Shown: positions 59,849-64,000 of the stretch, one piece after another | How the letters are laid out: every line of letters begins with the position of its first letter | How positions within the stretch are numbered: the stretch's first letter is position 1 | Source of the DNA: Vulcanimicrobiota bacterium | GTDB lineage: Bacteria; Vulcanimicrobiota; Vulcanimicrobiia; Eremiobacterales; Eremiobacteraceae | Length of the DNA stretch: 64,000 nucleotides | Assembly: GCA_963812135.1 (NCBI GenBank) | Contig: CAWETU010000001.1 | Coordinates: 640,001-704,000 of the forward strand | Direction: 5' to 3' | Notes under the pieces: generated by a model | The model's input: the letters and a program-made list of their open reading frames with translations, nothing else | Database searches by the model: none | What the model was told of the DNA's origin: nothing | Made by a program: the position numbers and the translations under genes

Positions 59849-60193
59849 ATGATGCGAATCAAAGTAACCGACCTCGGTACTCCGACCGATGCGAGCGTCG
59901 CATTGGTGGGCGATCTTGACGATGCGGGCGGGAAGCTCGCGCGCCGCCAGCTCGCTCGCCAGGTCGAGGCCGGCAGAGTCAACCTCACGATCGACCTCGA
60001 CAACGTCGGGACCCTGAATTCGAGCGGCCTCGCGGCGCTCATCGCCACGTTGCGCCTGGCGCGCAACCGCGGCGGCGACGTGCGCGTGCAGGCTTCGCAG
60101 CCGCACATCCGCCGGGTCATGGAGCTCACAGGACTGTCTCGCGTGTTCCGCATGCCGAGCGCCGTCTCGCTGACGAGCGCCCCGGCAGCCTGA
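59849..60193 (+). CDS. STAS domain anti-sigma factor antagonist
   Basis: GDLD, IDL.NV..LNSSGL..L, V.ELTGL.RVF. Confidence 0.85.
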   Translation: MMRIKVTDLGTPTDASVALVGDLDDAGGKLARRQLARQVEAGRVNLTIDLDNVGTLNSSGLAALIATLRLARNRGGDVRVQASQPHIRRVMELTGLSRVFRMPSAVSLTSAPAA

Positions 60194-60309
60194 TCCCACG
60201 CGCAGTCGACCGGACGAGAGCGGCCCAAAACGGCCGCTTTCTTCGTTTCGCGGGAACTGGCACCGGGCGTTTAGGGAATGAAGACGTTAAGGATGAACGA
60301 CGTATCGAT

Positions 60310-61671
60310 ATGAACGCCACATTCAAGACGGCGACGCTCGCCATGGCCGTCGCCTCCGCCCTCGCGATCGGACTGGCGAGCGCACTGCCGGCGAACGCAC
60401 AACCCACGCCGGCACCGGCCGTCTCGCCGCTGTCGCTTTCGCTGCAAGACGCGCTGACGCTGGCGCTCACGAACAATCTCGCCTATCAAGCCGCGGCCCA
60501 AGACGTGAAGGCAGCTCAGGCGCGGCTCATCCAAGCGCGCGGCAATCTGTTCCCGTCGGTCTCGGCCGGCTACTCGTACGTGCACACGCAGAACGCAGCA
60601 TTTTTCTTCATCCCCGTGCCGCAGCCGACCGGGCCGCCGGTCTTGCAGAAGAGCCTGTTCTCCGCCACCAACATGAACAACGTCAACGCGACGCTGCAGT
60701 ACGCGCTGTACAGCGGCGGCGCGGTGCAAGCGGTCGTTGGCCAGGCGGCCGCGGGCTACTCAGCGGCGCAAAGCAACTATGCCGCTGCCCGCACGACCGT
60801 GATCACCGACGTGACCAATGCGTATTTCGACCTCAGCCTCTCGCAGCGCACCGCGGTCATCAGCGATGAAGCGGTGGATGTCGGCAATCAGAACTTGCGG
60901 ACGTCGCAGGAACTGTTCAACGCCGGGACCGCCGCGAAAGCCGATGTGCTGCGCCAGCAGGTGTCGCTCGCAAATGCGCAAGTCGCTGCTGTGCGCGCAC
61001 ACAACTCGGCCAACCTGGCCAACGCGACGCTGGCGAATCTGCTCAACATCAACTTGGCCAGCAACATCAATCCGACACAGCCGCTCGAGATCCAGCCGCC
61101 GGTGTACGGGTTGACAGATCTGTTGCAGGGCGCGCAGTCGCGCCGCCCGGAGATCGCATCGGCGATCGACGCGGTGACGATCGCCGAGCGCACGGTCGCT
61201 GAGGCGCGAGCCGGCACGCTGCCCGCGATCAACCTGCAGATCTCTGAGGCCTCGAGCAAGCCGAACTTTGTGAACGTGCCGCAGCCGCAGCTCTCCGAGA
61301 CGCTCGCGGTCGTCTGGAAGCTGTTCGACGGCGGGCTCACGCACGGCAAAGTCGTCGAAGCGACCGCCGATGTGGACAAAGCCAAGATCAACCTTCAGCA
61401 GCTGCGCAACAGCGTCGACTTGCAGGTGCGCCAAGCCTACTTCGATTACGCCGCGGCTCAGGCGGCGGTCGGCGCGGCGAACACAGCCCAGGTTTCGGCG
61501 GCGGAAAGCCTGCGCGTGACGCAGCTGCGGTATCGATCGGGCGTCGGCACTGCGCTCGACCTGTCGGATGCGCTGCTCATCTTCACGCAGACCCAAGTGC
61601 AATACGCGACGGCGCTCGCCGACGAAAGCCGCGCCCTCGTCGAGTTGCAGCGCGCCGCTGGTCTCCTCTAA
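60310..61671 (+). CDS. TolC family outer membrane protein
   Basis: Signal; AL.NN, AYF, RRPE, LFDGG, RY..G. Confidence 0.9.
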   Translation: MNATFKTATLAMAVASALAIGLASALPANAQPTPAPAVSPLSLSLQDALTLALTNNLAYQAAAQDVKAAQARLIQARGNLFPSVSAGYSYVHTQNAAFFFIPVPQPTGPPVLQKSLFSATNMNNVNATLQYALYSGGAVQAVVGQAAAGYSAAQSNYAAARTTVITDVTNAYFDLSLSQRTAVISDEAVDVGNQNLRTSQELFNAGTAAKADVLRQQVSLANAQVAAVRAHNSANLANATLANLLNINLASNINPTQPLEIQPPVYGLTDLLQGAQSRRPEIASAIDAVTIAERTVAEARAGTLPAINLQISEASSKPNFVNVPQPQLSETLAVVWKLFDGGLTHGKVVEATADVDKAKINLQQLRNSVDLQVRQAYFDYAAAQAAVGAANTAQVSAAESLRVTQLRYRSGVGTALDLSDALLIFTQTQVQYATALADESRALVELQRAAGLL

Positions 61672-61693
61672 GAACCGGTCTTGCCTAAAGAGA

Positions 61694-61731
61694 AGAAGAG
61701 CCTGGCATTGCTGCCTGGCTCTTCTCGTTTG
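61694..61731 (+). terminator. Probable intrinsic terminator after tolC
   Basis: AGAAGAGCC...GGCTCTTCT stem between convergent genes. Confidence 0.6.
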
Positions 61732-61735
61732 TATA

Positions 61736-61761
61736 TGTAGCGGTCGAATGTATTCGACCGG
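61736..61761 (+). repeat. GTAG-type REP-like palindrome, copy 3
   Basis: TGTAGCGGTCGAATGTATTCGACCGG. Confidence 0.75.
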
Positions 61762-61766
61762 TTTGT

Positions 61767-62342
61767 TTACGGCACGCTGAGCGAGCGCGTCAACTGCATG
61801 CCCACCGGCGATCCGGCCGGCACCGTGAAGTCGCTCTTGTTGTTCGAGCTAAGCAAGAACCCGGTGGCCGCCCCGACCGCGCCGCCGGCCTTGCCGCCGA
61901 ACATCGCCTTGCCGGCCCAGTTCCCCAAGAGCATGCCGGCCCCGGTGCCGAGCAGCACGCGTCCGTGTTTGTCTTTTTTCGGCTCGAGCTTGCTGACCAC
62001 CGCGCCGATCGTCTCAGACGAACCGTTGTGGAACTTGATCTTGTCCAAGATGATCGAAAGCTGTGGGTTCGTGCCGCGTCCGCCGGGCGTTACTTGACCA
62101 ACGTGTCCGTAGATCGTCGCGCCGCCGAGCGCAGAGAGTCCTCCGGGGTAGGGCGACACGACCGAGATGGCGATCGGCTGGCCCGCGTACGAGCTCTTCG
62201 TGTTGAGCGCGTTCTGCAACGTGCCGTTGAGCCCGTTGCCGGCCGACACGGTCTGGGCCGCGAGCGCCGCGAACGGCGCCACACCCAGTCCCAACGCGAC
62301 GAGGGCCGCCGCCGCGACCGTGCGGTGTCGGAGATGCTGCAT
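61767..62342 (-). CDS. Secreted hypothetical protein with glycine-zipper segment
   Basis: Signal; GATIYGHV; GTGAG..LG...GGKAGGAVGA; VPAGS. Confidence 0.7.
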   Translation of the reverse strand: MQHLRHRTVAAAALVALGLGVAPFAALAAQTVSAGNGLNGTLQNALNTKSSYAGQPIAISVVSPYPGGLSALGGATIYGHVGQVTPGGRGTNPQLSIILDKIKFHNGSSETIGAVVSKLEPKKDKHGRVLLGTGAGMLLGNWAGKAMFGGKAGGAVGAATGFLLSSNNKSDFTVPAGSPVGMQLTRSLSVP

Positions 62343-62362
62343 GATCGTGCCTTTCGTACGCG

Positions 62363-64000
62363 TCAGTGCTTCCCGGACTCCGCCGGGTGCTTGCGCGTGA
62401 GATTGATGCGGCCCTTATCGTCGATCTCGCGTACCTGGACCACGACCTCGTCACCGATGTTGACTTCATCTTCGACGCGATTGACGCGATGCGGCGCGAG
62501 CTGCGAGATGTGCACCAGCCCCTCTTTGCCCGGCAGGATCTGCACGAAGGCTCCGAAGTTCATGATGCGCTTGACGACGCCGGTATAGACCTCGCCGATC
62601 TCGACGTCCTTGACGATGTCCTCGACCATGCGACGCGCTTTCTCCGCCGACGCCGCATCCGGCGAGGCGAGGAACACGCGGCCGTCGTCTTCGATATCGA
62701 TCTTGGCGCCGGTCTCGGCGACGATCTTGTTGATGATCTTGCCGCCTGGGCCGATGACGTCTTTGATCTTGTCGGGATGGATCTCGAGCACGATCATCCG
62801 CGGCGCGTACTTGGACAAGCCGCGGCGTGGCGTGGCGATCGCTTCCTTGAGCTTTTCGATGATGAACAGCCGGCTCTCGTGGGCTTGTTCCATCGCTTTG
62901 CGCATGATGTCGATCGTGACGCCCTGCACCTTGATGTCCATCTGCACGGCGGTGATGCCGTCGACGGTGCCGGCGACTTTGAAGTCCATCTCGCCCAGCG
63001 CGTCCTCGAGCCCTTGGATATCGGTCAGGATGCCGGGCCGGCCATCTTTGAGGATGAGGCCCATGGCGACGCCGCCGACGTGTTTGGGCAGCGGCACGCC
63101 TGCATCCATGAGCGCCAGCGTGCTCGCGCACACCGACCCCATGGACGACGATCCGTTGCTCTCGAAGGTCTCGGAGACCAAGCGCAGCGTGTACGGGAAC
63201 GCTTCCGGCGGGGGCAGCATCGGCGCGATCGCGCGCTCGGCGAGGTTGCCGTGGCCGATCTCACGCCGGCCGGGTCCGCGCATCGGGCGCGTCTCACCGA
63301 CGGAGTATGGCGGGAAGTTGTAGTGGTGCATGAAACGCTTGAACGTCATCGGGCCGAGCCCGTCGATGCGCTGCTCGTCCGAGATCGAACCCAGCGTCGC
63401 GGCAGTGAAGATCTGCGTCTCACCGCGCGTGAACAGACCCGAACCGTGCGTGCGCGGCACGATGCCGACGCGCGTGCTGATCGGGCGTACTTCGTCGAGC
63501 CGGCGGCCGTCTGGGCGCATGCCCTCGTCGACGACCATCGTCCGCAGTTCTTCTTCCTCGCGCGCTTTCACGCACTTGTCGAAGTCGCGGTTCTTCGGAT
63601 CCTCGAGGAACGGACGCACATCGTGTTCGAGCCGGTGGCCGGCGACGCGTGCCAGCGCTTCCGTGCGCGTGATCGCGTCGAACGCCTTGCCGCGCTCTTG
63701 CTTGCCGGTGATGCGCATCGCGCGCGCGATATCGGCGCCGAACGCGTCGGCGACGAACTCGCGCATCTGCTCGGACGGCAGGTACAGCGGGAACACGCGT
63801 TTCGGTTTGCCCGCTTTGGAGGTGAGCTGCGCGACGGTGCGCAGTATGTCGGCGATGCGCGCGTGCGCGAACTCGACCGCGCCGAGGAACGTCTCCTCTG
63901 AGACCTCCTTGCCGCCGCCTTCGACCATCATCACCGCGTTGGCCGTGCCGGCGACGATGACGTCGATGATGCTCTTGTCGAGCTGTTCGCGCGTGGGGTT
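62363..64000 (-). CDS. pnp: Polyribonucleotide nucleotidyltransferase (partial, start beyond window)
   Basis: [40 protein letters not shown] (IGPGGK) and S1 domains. Confidence 0.97.
   Translation of the reverse strand, partial: NPTREQLDKSIIDVIVAGTANAVMMVEGGGKEVSEETFLGAVEFAHARIADILRTVAQLTSKAGKPKRVFPLYLPSEQMREFVADAFGADIARAMRITGKQERGKAFDAITRTEALARVAGHRLEHDVRPFLEDPKNRDFDKCVKAREEEELRTMVVDEGMRPDGRRLDEVRPISTRVGIVPRTHGSGLFTRGETQIFTAATLGSISDEQRIDGLGPMTFKRFMHHYNFPPYSVGETRPMRGPGRREIGHGNLAERAIAPMLPPPEAFPYTLRLVSETFESNGSSSMGSVCASTLALMDAGVPLPKHVGGVAMGLILKDGRPGILTDIQGLEDALGEMDFKVAGTVDGITAVQMDIKVQGVTIDIMRKAMEQAHESRLFIIEKLKEAIATPRRGLSKYAPRMIVLEIHPDKIKDVIGPGGKIINKIVAETGAKIDIEDDGRVFLASPDAASAEKARRMVEDIVKDVEIGEVYTGVVKRIMNFGAFVQILPGKEGLVHISQLAPHRVNRVEDEVNIGDEVVVQVREIDDKGRINLTRKHPAESGKH

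Overview
A 64-kb, GC-rich bacterial chromosome segment. The lineage is tentatively Ca. Eremiobacterota/WPS-2-like, inferred only from gene repertoire (TolC plus Firmicute/Actinobacteria-style genes, lipoprotein S53 peptidases, beta-propeller lipoproteins). In order, the window holds: a PadR-led thiolase/3-hydroxyacyl-CoA dehydrogenase/crotonase operon with a divergent PaaK-like ligase; secreted lipoproteins including two tandem S53 peptidases; a cytochrome b + MsrP-like pair; a Xre/MbcA-RES toxin-antitoxin; comEA, leuS and comEC; a SBP-TelA-vWA operon; two acyltransferase-3 genes; rsmI, metG and tatD; a respiratory-cofactor supercluster (menG, polyprenyl synthase, tatAC, System II cytochrome c biogenesis, hemCB-mobA-hemL-rex-hemAD, mqnP/mqnL-like); STAS, TolC and partial pnp. 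No rRNA, tRNA, CRISPR or transposase was seen. The most notable signal is missing from the ORF track: four homologous 22-23 aa single-helix hydrophobic peptides ending in GHLxL, in two tandem pairs either side of the comEC block. Three have clear RBSs and the last 13 codons of two copies differ only synonymously. One pair has SigB/SigF-like promoters and the other has a LexA-like box upstream. Three copies of a GTAG-type REP palindrome are also present. Many accessory genes carry indels that look like long-read consensus errors.
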